Notes under the pieces: generated by a model
Seen by the model: the letters and a program-made list of their open reading frames with translations, nothing else
Told to the model about the DNA's origin: nothing
The model's database searches: none
Translations under genes and position numbers: made by a program
Source of the DNA: Diadema antillarum
Taxonomy: Eukaryota
Length of the DNA stretch: 64,000 nucleotides
Assembly (NCBI RefSeq): GCF_040938485.1
Contig: NW_027271810.1
Location: 124,001 to 188,000 of the forward strand
Direction: 5' to 3'
Part shown: piece after piece, positions 26,067 to 39,320 of the stretch
Layout of the letters: each line of letters starts with the position of its first letter
Numbering within the stretch: position 1 is the first letter of the stretch

Positions 26067-26466
26067 AGAGATGGTATAGTTTCGGATGGCATGGGAGTTA
26101 GGTTTCCAAAATTTGTATGATTTTTTTTCTAGATAATAAAAAATCATTTATGAAATATGAGAGAACATATAATTCTAAGAGGAATTCGAAGTTAATTTGA
26201 TGAAAATTGGCGTTGAAATGGTTGAGATATCCAAAACCAAGTGATCCTTATTATAAGGTGGGACCCACCTCTTACTGGGATCGCTATATTTTACTTTGTT
26301 TTTGGATATCTCAGTCATTACAAAACTGATTTTCATCAAATAAATTTTGTATTCCTCTTGGAATTGTTTGCTCTTTATCATCTCATAAAGTGGTTTCTAT
26401 GGATCTCACACACACAAAAAGTAAAAGCTGAATCATTGTCTAAATCAATACTATATATACCATCCC
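26067..26466. mobile_element. TTAA-type foldback MITE (~400 bp), right end degenerate
   Basis: Starts TTAA|AGAGATGGTATAGT and ends ACTATATATACCATCCC. Inner inverted arms pair (aagaggaat..tttgatgaaaat..gagatatccaaaa vs ttttggatatctc..attttcatcaaa..attcctctt) around a central palindrome AGGTGGGACCCACCT. Confidence 0.7.
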
Positions 26467-27651
26467 GGTTCAAGTACAGCCATCAGCAGCAAAGCTTAGA
26501 TGCAGCAATTTGGTAAAAACAATCTGGTTAAATCACTTGTCAAGCTGTGTAACGTTGTTATAAGGTTTGTACTAGGAGTCAAATACAATATCTGTTGATC
26601 GAGCCTGCCTTATATGTTTCCCCTTCCAAAGCAACGTCGAGCCAATCCACACTGTATTATCTTGCACAGCACACCCAAGGGAACTATCGCGTATCACATG
26701 CCGAAGAAAAAGTTATCAATATACAATGACACATAAACGTGAGAAAGTTATGGAATATAAGACTGTAATGTATATGACATTTGCTCGTTAAACCTGCGAG
26801 ATATCGAATCAAGAGTGCCCCTGACCAGTCGAATCGACCACTGGCCGAAGAGTTAGGTCAGTCCCTTGTAACCTCTTATATCTTATGGCTGCAGTGAGTG
26901 GTACACACTGTCAAACTGCGAGAACAATTTGAGGACACACTATACCGCCACCGGGCGGTAGCAACGAGCAATTAGAGAGAGCCAGCTCCTTCGGGCTAGA
27001 AAATGACACACGTTACGAGGCAGCTTTTCTCGACTTTCAGGGACGTTGCGTTGGGCTGGACAGAAGGAATATCACTGCCAATAATATCAAACACGCCCAA
27101 TGATATCAAACACAAAAGACATTGACCCGTTTGCACGTTAAACAGCACAACGTGATATTGTTTTCAAAAAAGGGTGGGAAACTAAGAGCAAAGACCAGAT
27201 AGTACCTAATTTGTCCAGGGATTCTATCCAGGGGTATATTTTGGGGGCTAAATCAACGTTATTAGTCTGACCGTAACATTGACCTATCGAGACAGCATTA
27301 CAGCATAGGGTTTGACGATTTTTTTTTTCCGTGTCATGAAAATGCCGTCCACTTATATTCATACAATAACTTGAGCGTGATTGCACCGTGTGTGCACACG
27401 CTCCAAGGTTTTTGCGTACTACTATGAATGTCGTAGGTGGACGTCCTTGAGAAATCGTAATAAGTATGCATTTTTCCGTACATAACAAGAAATGAATTAC
27501 AGCTACTGTTGAGGACAGAGGAATGTGCAAATTTCGGCGCCAAAAAGACCTTACACACACATCTGCGTGGACAATATCGTCTGTTGAAGAATCGTGGAGA
27601 AGATATCGTTTAAGGGACACTGAATGGTTGGAGTAGTAGGCCTACCAGTAA

Positions 27652-27775
27652 TAGTCGAAGTAGTAGTAGTTATAGTAGTAGTAGCAGCAGCAGCAGTAGT
27701 AGTAGTAGTAGTAGTAGCAGAATAAGTAGTAGTAGTAGTAGCAGTAGCAGTATATTGTAGGAACAGTAGTAGTTG
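27652..27775. repeat. (GTA)n/(GCA)n trinucleotide repeat
   Basis: Seen directly; explains the poly-Thr/Ala ORF 27551-27778. Confidence 0.9.
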
Positions 27776-30700
27776 CAATACAATTTACCAGTTTTACCAG
27801 TTATAACTGTAACTAGTAATCCCATGTTGTTAACCGCGAGTGTTAAGTGTTAAGTGTTTTAATAAAAAAGACATAAAATCTTATTTTTTTAGCCTTATCA
27901 TGAGCACGTGAATGTCTGGTACAAATCTGACAGATGGAATAAAAAAAAAGAAATCCTCATCACAGGTTTCGCCAAAGCGTGACGTGAAGTTTCCGTTTTG
28001 TTGAGCGGAAGCTGCAAAACTTTCCAAAAGTGATGTTGGGCTCTGGATAGAAATGTATTTCGGCTATCAGCTTATTGCATGTTCGTGGTTTCGTGAACTC
28101 CTAGCTTGGACGGGAACATTGTAAACAGATACCATAGGAAGGGAGAGCGAAGGAGCAAGTGGCGAGTGTCCTTCAGTGGAGCGATACGAAGAGGTAAGAT
28201 GCTGACCCTTTCCAACAATACCGTTTGCCCAGCTTAGCCAGAGCAGGCGAAAAAAGAAAAAGAAGAAGAAGAAGAAGAAGAGCTACGCTTTTGCACGGAT
28301 GCAAAGACAAACGTGTCAGTTTCACCATTTCTATGACAAGTCGAATCGAACAGAACGCTGTTGCCGGATTCACCCTTGTGACGAAATAATCCAGAGGTGT
28401 CACGCGATTTTCCTCCAGCACAAACCACCCGCACGACCCTCTTTAAACTAACGAAACACGAATTTCTAGCTTTTAAAAAAGAACACAGACTTGGTGTGAT
28501 CATCGCATTAAAAGAAATATACTAATGATATTAATTGGCTTCATGGGTAATCGGCACTGAAGAGGTTTATGCCAACTAATATAACTTTACATAACTTAAT
28601 GGCATATTGTTGTAAAAGTACTCACCGAAGTAGGTTGGTCCGAGTCGCATCAATATTTGTGGATAAGACTTGTCCTCTCACAGTCCTAAAACTTTCTTCG
28701 AGTATTGAAGAGAAGAAGAAGAGGAAGGAATAAAAAGAAGAGGGTTTTCTGAGGAGGCAGTACAGCTTAAGTTTATCTCCACTCAACCGAAAAAGCGGTC
28801 CGTCCGTCCGTCTGTACGTCGGTCAGTCGTCCCGCTCTGGTCTGAGTTTCGTCGTGTATAGAAAACCTCGCCGAACACCACCAGTGGTCAGTCGGGGAGC
28901 GCAACCCCTTCCGAGCGATAGATATCGACAATAGTTTCCCGTGAATGGTGGGTGAGAGCCACCCGATTCTAGGGGTCGTCCACAAGGAGATTTTCTACTG
29001 AAATGCCGAAAGCCGAGAGCGGAACGTTCCGTGATGAGGTAGGTACTGCGAGGTGGTGACCAACAGATTTAAAGCACAACAGCGCCCCCAAACAAGAAAA
29101 TTGGGCTAATTATTCCAGTTCATCCATTGGAACGCAGTTGGCGATGGTCTGTGAATGGACACTTACACTACTGAGACAACAGTCCTGTCCCGACATCGCG
29201 TGTCCCAAAGCCACTTCCTAACATTATGCATACTTTCTACCCCCCCCCCCCTCCCCCCCTTTTTTTTTTGTCAGATTAAACTGTCTGTCAGTTTTGCTTA
29301 ATCATGGCAATAACCCTCTCCACTCATCTGCTCGTGTCATCGCGTATACGCGCGGGGCGCACTCCACGCTTTGTTTGGACATATCGTCGGCACACATTTC
29401 CTAATACTTTGGAGTCACACCAATTCAGTTAAGTCGTACCGGCAAATCTGTAATACTCTAGTTTGCCCATACACATTAGTTCTCCTCCTTCACTTGACTG
29501 CATACCTCTCTCTCCCTCGTTTAAGCCTTCTGAGCCCCAGACCCCGTGAAGCACAGAGACACTATGTAAATATTTTCCACACTCCACGTAGGAGGTATAG
29601 AAAAGAGGTCCAGCAATTGTACTTATTTATACTTTCGCCGTCTTCTGGACATACCTAGGGGCTGGAGATATATAGCACGGCCAGATGATGACGGTAGCAA
29701 ACGTCGCCTTACTCCTGGGGTTTATTCAAACAGACCCTTTCCGACGCCCTCGTGTTGTTCATTTCGTAGGAGGATAAACAGTGTTTAACAGCAACGACTG
29801 GAATAACCCATCTTAAAGAGGATAAGTGAACGAGTGGGTGTTTTTCTTTTTCAGTAGTATGGTGTTTAGGGGATGCTGCAATACACGTCAGTTTATAACT
29901 CCAATTTCTAAATAAAGGGACGAATGTGTAAGGCATATAGCAAATACTTGCACGCGAGTATTTATACTCGGGTAACAACGATTCATTACAATTGTCTCCG
30001 TCGCATGCCAAGGAAATGCAACAAATGTGTCATAATGACACAGTCATATTCTGTAGAGGTGGTAGGATTTAACAAAATCCAAACTCTATGTCTTTCAATG
30101 AGGAACTTGAATCAATTTTTGTTTATAATGTCAGGTGAGTCGATGAAAGTTAAGATAAAGACTAACAATCAATCCCAACAATTTCTAAAGATATTGTGTG
30201 CCCAGCTAGTATTTTCATATTTAGTAAATGATATAAATGCTCTTACATGAAGTCATTTTGGTTTTAGGCACTGAGACACTAACAAATGATCAGAACTGAA
30301 CCTAGCACTCTATGATATTAAAGCAAGAAAGACAAAACTTCACAAATTGTAAATAGATGGTCAAAAAACGAAGTAATTGTTGAATTGAATCTCATTGTTC
30401 GCTACTGATTTAACCAATATCAGAAGATTACTTCAATATTCGTCATTATAAACATAGTGAAAGAAAAGCTGGCAAGACTGTTACAGTTCGCTATTTCGAC
30501 AGCATTCGAATCAAATTTTGATGATATTGTTAACAGACGGAAAGATTTATATATAAAAAAGTTTCCTTTTGATTATCGAGTTGGCAAATACAATATATAG
30601 TTTGATTATCATAGAATCAGAAAAAATTGAAGAAAGCTATAGATTGTACTGAGTTTCAGAAATTTTCACGATACATCGGTCTCCACTTACTTAGTAATCA

Positions 30701-32701
30701 TTCACCACGTTGCACCTCAAATGTTGAAGCAAAACGAAGGAACTCACTCCTTCTATATACTTACATCATCGTAGATGTGTGATTATTGCACAGCCATGAC
30801 AATTGAAAGGAAAGTTGCAAAATAACTAAGAAATAACTTAAATCATACTTTCATAAATGTGATACAAATTGGGTACAAACATTGGGGACTCGTTTAGGGG
30901 CGATGACATCATAACTTCCGTCAATTTGCATTATATGCAAATCATCATATTGTGTGATCGTGAACAACGCCACAATTTCGAGGGAAAAAGTGAAGCCTTA
31001 AAACTGCATCGTTCTCTTTCTTTCCCCGACTTTTGATGACAATTTTATTCCTTGCTTGTTTAACGTAATTCTGTGTGTTAAGGTCAACTGATAGGTTGAG
31101 CTGAATTTAAGCTGTCATGTGACATTGTGTTGTAAGGCTTATTTCCAAGAATTAAATGTTTTGTGTAAGATGGACAGGTCGGAGTACGCCTATCAATGAC
31201 CGTGATTAGTTGACTTCATATTTAGTCGAGATTTAATCCATGATTAAAGTTATAACCCTTTCGGGTATTTCGGCCTCCACTGCATAGGCCCTTATACTCG
31301 GCGAAATAGGAAAAGAGAAAACGCGTGAAATAAGACTATACTGTAAATGATTGCGTATGATCGATTTCTCTTTTTCACATTTCTTTTTTTTTATTCCCCC
31401 TTGAATCATTCATTATAATTGACCAACTGAATAAAAGCAGAAGGCCCAGTATTCAAAAAGAAAAGCATAATTCGTCACACCACCCTAACACCCTAAAACA
31501 TCATGGATTAAGTTAAGTTCTGTTACAGGGTGTTAGCATATTACAAATCATATGACCTTAAACAATAATAGACCCTAGATATAATGAAATACACACCAAA
31601 ATGAAATGAATTCGGCCAAGGTTCAAGTAACATCGAACCTTATTTTAAAGGTATATACAAAGGCTTCGGCTTTTATACATTTTTCAATTTGAGATATTTG
31701 GTTTTTTTTCCAATCTGTCTTCATGCTATATGAAATTAGGGAAGTTTTTTTTTTTTTTCATTATCATTATGTCAACCAGTCGGCAAGATGCAAAGAACAA
31801 TATTGAAAATAACCAGCCACAAACACACGAGCTTGAGAAACAACACCATCCTGAAGATATACTGTGAGCATTAACTGGGGTGCCCTGATGAACACCTAGA
31901 AGCGTTGCATCTCTCAAACCCGCCACAGCATATCATTTACGTCATACACCTTCCAGGCATATGTCATACGTGATAAAAGAAACAAAACCGTCCACCGCGT
32001 GTTATTGCCGTCCTTGCATTTGAACGCAACGTGCGTCCGGTGACTGCTCTTAATGAAACAATAATTCATACTCCTTTTCTTATAACAACAATAAAGAATA
32101 GAACAAAAAATGACGTGTACGTTTGACCCAAGAGTGCAAACTATCTCGTGCTGAAATCACGGGGGGGGGGGGGGGGGGGGAGAAGGAAAAAGAGATACCG
32201 CAACTTTGAGTGGACATGCACCGTTTTCTTTTGCCATGGGCATAACGCACGTGGAAATTCCCCAGGCCCATAGATACGGGTAGAAGACTTTTTTAAACAG
32301 ATTTGCGTCATCAGAAATTTTCAGCGCTTTAATTATAATTCGCTGATGTTACTTTCTTCCGCCGAACCGCAAATGAATCTTTACCTTTCATGTTTTATTT
32401 CCCACGAGAGCAAAGAAAACTAGAGATGGAAACGGCGCTGAAAGGCAGACACAGACAAGTGGCAGGAGGGAATGGACAATTTGAACTCTCTTAAGTATCA
32501 TTTTTATTTATTAGAAAACGCGAGAAGAATCTGGATTAATAACTACATGTAAGTAGACGTGAGGAACAATTTTACAGTGTATTGCAGGGCAAATCCTGTT
32601 TATTTTTTAACATTTCATACTTGTAGTCATATACATCACATGCACAAACCTCACACAACCTTTTCCCCACACACATATCGATAGTTATAAATAAATAAAT
32701 G

Positions 32702-32702
32702 A

Positions 32703-32767
<65 letters not shown>

Positions 32768-32908
32768 CCCGTATATAAGATAATTATGTGTTTACAGTAT
32801 GTCCTTCCTTCTCTTTTCATTTATGTAGTATATATATAAATATATATAAATAAAGAAGTAAAGAAAGATATACTATACACACACTCACACAAATTATGTA
32901 TATATATG

Positions 32909-32955
<47 letters not shown>

Positions 32956-32985
32956 TACATACATACATACATACATACATTAATA
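32702..32985. repeat. (AT)n/(ATAC)n microsatellite cluster
   Basis: Seen directly. Confidence 0.9.
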
Positions 32986-34161
32986 CATAATTATCGGTTG
33001 TGATATAACCTTTTTGTTATGACCTTTTTGTTGTCATGTTTAACGTCACCATTGCTCTTCCTATAGGGGCGTTGCTATCATAATTGCCCCACTATTGCCA
33101 GATACTAAACTGTACATGATAAGCGATAAGAAACAATATTCTTCTCAAAGAATGCGAGGACTGAGATCTCTGGTCTTACATGATTATATCCACCTAACCA
33201 CATTGCACCCTTACTCAAAGGTATAAAATAATTTAAATAGAATCATTAAGAACGAACAGAGATTTAAAAAAAAGAAATAAAATCGATAAGGAAGAGAAGT
33301 ATAATAGACAGGAGAGGATGAAAATGGAGAGAATGGGAAGGGGAAATTTCGGGGGGGGGGGGGGGACAAGAAAGCAGAAGTCGGCCTGATAATCGAAGGT
33401 GACCGGTGTTTGCTTTGCGCATTAGAAAAGTTCAAGGAGGGAATTGGGATGGATTTATAGGTCGCTTGACACCAGTCAACGACGTTTTGTAGGCGCGCCA
33501 TCACAGTAATATATTTACGTCTGTCGTCTGATTAGCACAGAATTATCAACATGTTTAAAGGCCACTGGTCTATTTTTTCTTCTTCAATTTAAATCTCCTG
33601 AGCCGTTTTTGCCATAAATGATAGTTCTTGCAACATCTCTACATTTGGCATTCTATCAGTTCATAACAGAAGTTAAAATCATCTATAGTGCTTTTCAATG
33701 TTATTTCTTCGCTGATAGCCGATTTGCGTTCAAACCTCAATATCGAGTGACCGGATATGACACACATCTATAAGTGTTAATTGGTGAATGTAACACTGCG
33801 TCCTTCGAATTTGACGATACATCAAAGATTTTCTGAAGTTGATACAATCATTCTAAGGTCATGTTTTATTCAGGACTATTAAGCAGAAATCTTGTTAGTT
33901 GTGCAAGTCTAGTTAAGAATCACAAGTTGGGTCGATATATATTTGTTGACGACATAGTGATGAACGCAATGGTGCTTCGCAAACATACCTTGCTGTTTAA
34001 TTCTACGAAAGGAGATGTAGCTTGATGATATGATTTTATTGCATAGTTGTTGTTGCTAATGTTGCACAATATCGTAGACTGCACCAATGTACTCAAGAAC
34101 CAGACCTGTTGAAGACTACACGATGTATGTCTTTATTTCAATGATGTTGTCGTTGTTTCAA

Positions 34162-34519
34162 AGGTACTATTTACCATTGGGAGCAGTGATTAAAAAAATG
34201 TTAGAGATATTAGATTTGATGCATACTGGCCATCTTTATCACAAAACATCCTATACTAAAAATTTCGCAATAAAGCCTAAAATGTAAGGAGATATCACTA
34301 CTTTTGTCAATAAACCATAACTGTAGACGGTTTAGTCTAGAAACGATGTTATTATCATAACTATTGTTCAAATTTTGTGTATTTAAAAATACTTAACATT
34401 AATTATATTGATTAAAATGTTTGCATTGGTTGATTCTGTCCCTAACTCACATTTTAGAACACTATTTCGAAGCACTAAAGCTCGATTATTGTTTCATCTG
34501 CAAATGGTAAATAATGCCT
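34162..34519 (+). mobile_element. TTAA-type (Kolobok-like) MITE, 358 bp, complete
   Basis: TIR AGGTACTATTTACC vs AGGCATTATTTACC (reverse complement of right end); flanks TCAA (left) and TTAA (right); second copy at 13185-13504. Confidence 0.8.
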
Positions 34520-35079
34520 TTAAAGCGAGAGAGTGCAACTTTAATGCCGTCAATCGCCGGACGTCGAAGACGGTCCTTGGAGCGCCGTAGGGTCGTAAGT
34601 CCGTCAGGGGCGCGGTGGGGCTCACTCGGAGGAAGTGTTGCGACGACCCTGAACTTCCCCATCAAACGGCTCCTCCTGGTACGGGGAAACTGGGATTTAT
34701 TTCGGCGTAACATAAGTCAGCCGAATTACCGAGGTACCATTGATACTTGATTGACGGGACGTGGCATTTGTCTGCCGTTTCGCGTTCTTGTCATATTCCC
34801 GCAGAATGGTCTGCAAAATTATGACGAACTAGAAATGTCGCTATGGAAATTGGAATGCCTTCGCCATATCGCATTATTCTCCCATTATATCTGTTGTACA
34901 TCTTGACAGTGTGAGGGGGCAGTTTCACATGTCATTCAATTCTTTTCTAACCAATCATTGATTGTTAAAAAAATAGAATGACATGTTTGAAGTTTGATGA
35001 CACAGCCCAAAGTGTGTTAAATGTTTATACATTCCTTGAACCAGATTTCATTTGGATTGTTTCAGAGAGCAAGTATTCG

Positions 35080-35720
35080 GGAATTTAAGCATTTTCACTT
35101 GACCTTCGACCCTTGCCCTTTGACTCCGTGACCCACATCTTTTTTTCAAATAACCACTAATTGGAGAAATACAATTTTCATGACAATTGGGATACTTTGA
35201 GCTAGTTTCAAAAGATGGGGGAAAAACAGTGATACTTTAACATTATCATTTAACCTTCAATCCCGTGGTCCAAACCTTTCCTTGCGGGATCCTCGTGCAG
35301 TAAAACATGTATTTACCTATGGTTTAATTAAATGTACGTGTATACACACAAAGTAATTTTTAAATTATGGAGAAAGTAATGCATTTTCAGCATTTGATAG
35401 CAGAGTTTTGGATTTTCATCAGACCTTTGACCCTTGACTTTTGACCCAAGAACCAAAAATGCTCAAGAGAATCATTGTCAGACATGCAGTACATGCATAT
35501 AAATATATTAAGTTTCATGAAGATAAAATGAGCCAATTCCAAGACACATGTATGGAGAAAAAGTGAAATTTTAGCATTTTTAATTGACCTTTGACCTTTA
35601 AACTTTGACTCGATGGCTCAAAACTTTCCCTAGAGTATATTTACCTGGTAATACATAATATAGGTGCCTACGTATAGACACGAAATACCTTTCAGGAATT
35701 GCAGAGATATGAGGGGAAAA
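35080..35720. repeat. Degenerate tandem-unit repeat rich in TGACC(T/C)TTGAC motifs (about 4 units, 140-185 bp period)
   Basis: Motif clusters near 35099, 35240, 35421 and 35584, each preceded by agcatttt-like words. ATGGAGAAA and AGTTTCA..AAGAT each recur twice. Confidence 0.6.
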
Positions 35721-36352
35721 GTCAAATTTTGATATTCAAGTAAATTCACTTTATTGACAATTTTAAGAAGAGAAATATGTAGGCCCTACAGTGTAAAACG
35801 TGACGTGTGGTGGAGTTCACAGAGAAAGCCAAAAGTGGAGGCATTAAAAAAACCCAGCAACAACATGCAATCACAACAAAACAAGGAAAGAAAATGCAGA
35901 ACAAAGGGAGGAACTTTGTCGGTCAGGGCATGCACATTACGAACGCCTTTGAGAATGAAATGAGCTAATAATAGATGAGAGAAGGTCGTCATAAATGTGT
36001 TGGTTCACAAGAGAAAGGACAAGTTGCGGATTTCTGATGAAAGTGTTGGTTTGTCTAAGAAGAGCACTACTCGTATTTACGTGCACAGCTAAAAGATAGT
36101 TGACTTCTTGCATGCTTTGACGAGCCATTAGATTCAGCCTCAAATAGCTCCGCGAGCATTATTTACACGTTTCCCCCTGCACCTATACCACATCCTTATC
36201 TTTATTAGCAATACCTTTGATTCGAACCCGAGAAACATTCCTGGTGTTTTGAAATTTGAAATTTGAAAAGCTCCATATTCGCATTTCCAATGACGCATGG
36301 TAGTTGCGACTACTGCAGAATTTCGGCTTTGTGGTGGTGTGGTGGATAATGA

Positions 36353-36429
36353 AGAACATATCAAAATGTTCTGCCTATGGGAGAACATGTCAAAATGTTC
36401 TGCCCATGGGAGAACATGTCAAAATGTTC
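36353..36429. repeat. 29-bp tandem repeat x2.7 (AGAACATGTCAAAATGTTCTGCCCATGGG)
   Basis: Units at 36353, 36382 and 36411 (partial). Confidence 0.9.
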
Positions 36430-37669
36430 CATTCGTGCGTAATCAGGTGGATTCAATCACTGACAGGTATAGAATAGTGAATAGTGAACAGAACTATATA
36501 TATATATGGACTGGGCCAGAATGTATCCTCGAGATATATCTATATGAATGATATACTGGAAACCAAGTCGGAACACGGAACGCAGTGTGGACGACAATTT
36601 TGCAGTATAGCCGATTTCGTATTTCCACAGCAATTTTCTCAAATTGTATTTTTTTCCTCTCTCTCTCTCTCTCTCTGTTGTGAGTTCGGAGAAAGAAGAA
36701 GGTATATACATTTCAAAAGCTAAAAGTGTTTACTGCTTCGCCATCTACCGGTATGATCGCCTTTGTAATTGCCCAAACTCTCAGACTCTTTTTGAACACT
36801 TTCATTTTGACGGGGGGAAAATAAAAACTGAAGGACAAAGCACATTGGCTAAGGAACATTTTTCGTCGGTGTGGGCCCTCTTTTTTAACCCCCTTGACTA
36901 TTATCCGGACGGGATGAAGTAGGAAACGCCCTGTAAGAGTTCTCTAATTGGGAGCCATTTTAAGGTCTCCATTGACGTCACACAATTCAGTTTTCCATTT
37001 TCCACAAAGAGCGCTGAACAAAATCTTCTCGCGTTACATCTTGCAAACCCGTGGGCAAAGCCTTTTGTTCTGGGGCTAAATATATACACAACAATGTCAC
37101 CCTACAAAACGGCCAGCGAATCGGTCCATCCCTTCCGTCCAAGACTAGTAGTTTTCCCCCGAGTCCATGTCATTGTTTTGGACCCAATTTGGCGCAAGAA
37201 CATCTAGATGTTGCCTCTCTGATTAGAAACTGGTTTAACATAATTCTTACGTAAATGCTTTTTGAGGTTTTAAGACGACATTTTCAAGACAGGGATAAAA
37301 CGCTAGTTTGCACGATTGCATCGAATCGAAGATCCAGACCTGAAGGGGTTCATCGTCATTTCGAAAGAATATATTCTGGAATTCAGTTCACGGTCTATCA
37401 TGTGGAATCTTGCATCACAGCTCAGACATACGTCTTGCAACATTAACAGTTTTACGGAAACTAAAGACATCAGCATCGCAAGAAATCCATTCAGTTATCA
37501 TACCCCCTCCACTCTCCACTCTAAGATGAAATGTGTAATTACTTGTACAATAATTATCATCTTAAGTTCCAATTTGCCGGACGAAACAAGGGATTTCTTT
37601 TGATGTGTGTATGAAAACAGAAGGAATGAACTGAATGGTAGACGGACTGACCGATATCATGTACACTAA

Positions 37670-37672
37670 CAC

Positions 37673-37714
<42 letters not shown>

Positions 37715-37718
37715 ACAC
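37670..37718. repeat. (CA)n microsatellite
   Basis: Seen directly. Confidence 0.9.
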
Positions 37719-38107
37719 TAAAACCATCATTGGTTCACCAGTGTTTATACACAGAACATTCATTCTAGTTCTTAAGATAACTTTCGAGCAACAGCAACAT
37801 AAGAACATCAACTCAAGTGTCATTGAACGGTTGCTGAACCCTCATCCAAACCTACCTCCCATCTTGCACATGGACGCTTGGTACACGCAAATATTTCTGT
37901 GATCAGTCGTGTAATATAGATAGAGAAATGGAAGGAGAGAAAAAAAGCGGGAAGGAGTGGGGTTTGAGAGCTGGTGACACTAAGAAATTATAACAATCAA
38001 ACTAATTGATGAATGATCCTGTGAGGTGCAGCCGAGGATTCTGCTCCAAGGGATGCATCGAGATAGGTGGGTAACAGTGACAGGTCCTCCTATAAGTGGA
38101 GTTGGCG

Positions 38108-38120
38108 CCACAAGGTGGCG
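38108..38120 (+). promoter_or_regulatory. CTCF-like motif CCACAAGGTGGCG
   Basis: 12/13 match to the core CCASYAGRKGGCR. Confidence 0.4.
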
Positions 38121-39306
38121 TAGTATTATTTTTTCCCTTCACACACCCACCCACACACACACACACACACACCGAAAGCAAAACCGCGACCACTTTGTCC
38201 TCTGACAACAGATTGATATACAAATAATACACATTTGTGAGGGCGTTAGTAAGAATTACCTCCACAAAAGGAACAACCTTTGAAAAAATCTCTCACATCC
38301 GAGGCAATAGTCGAGGGTGCTAGGACTGATTCGTTGGTACCAAGTGTGGGTAATTATACTCATGCCCGAACAAAACGATGTGTGTTATTTGTTTTATAAA
38401 AATGATGAAGAAGATCCTTGAACTTCAAATGCATGCGTTTTAGATTCTTCCGCAGACATTTTTGCGAGTAAATGAACGATGAAATCTCGCCCGATCACCT
38501 TTTCGACGTGAAAGTGCCAACGACCGCTGTCATGAACAAAATTACGAGTTAGACAAAATAAACGCCCAGTTACGTGTATACGCTCTCAACCAATCGTTCG
38601 ATTAGGATCTGTTTCTTCGCGCGTTTCCAGCACAGTCACGTCAATTCCGTGACACCAGACACAAATGAACTATCGGTGATGTTATAGTACCATTGCCATT
38701 GCTGTATTAATTCGCCGGGACCTTGCACTTGATATTCTTAACAACAACGAAAAAAAAGAACAAAAAAGAGATTAAAAGAAAAAAAACAATTATTATTACA
38801 ATAAATGAGCTGGGGTTTCAACACACTGTCATTTTGCTGCTAACAGATATTTCATGGTGGATCAGTGCAGACAATTTTACCCCACGTTCTTGAACTCTCT
38901 GGGGAACCAGCGAAATATGACTGAAGCATGATCTCAAATACCACCAATTCCGTTTCTTTCTTTCTCTTTCGATCTCCGCACCCGGTGACTGTGATGCTGG
39001 AGCGACGTTGTGGTCCGAGCTCAGTCATCGCTTCCCTCGGGCTACATATCCACACTTGTCACGGGTGACTTTCCGCCTCGTTTCTGGCGTTGATGCGTCG
39101 TCTCTACAACGCGCCTACACGATAGCCACTCTATCAAATCCTTTTTTGAATAATCCATTCCTTTTGTCAGCCCTCCGCGCATTTACTTTCGGAAAATAAC
39201 AACAAAAAGCCACCTCCCGCTTTTTATTTTCGTCTTTCCTTTTCTGTTACTTCTGCCTCCCGCATTGGTAGACAAAAATATATAGCATTTCAGATACACT
39301 GAAAAG

Positions 39307-39320
39307 GCGCCCTCTGGTCA
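39307..39320 (-). promoter_or_regulatory. CTCF-like motif TGACCAGAGGGCGC
   Basis: Two mismatches, both at the 5' end of the core; next to a CpG-rich block (38850-39250). Confidence 0.3.

Noticed and set aside
26943-34650. Short hairpins at 26943-26960, 31485-31536 and 34589-34650 as miRNA/ncRNA precursors
   Set aside because: Stems of 7-16 bp are too short for pre-miRNAs, and such hairpins are expected by chance or as MITE remnants.
36218-36232. Pol III B-box GGGTTCGAATC on the minus strand
   Set aside because: No A-box at a suitable distance and no tRNA-like fold.
36353-36401. Steroid response element AGAACA...TGTTCT
   Set aside because: Spacer is 8 nt, not the 3 nt of a GRE/ARE.
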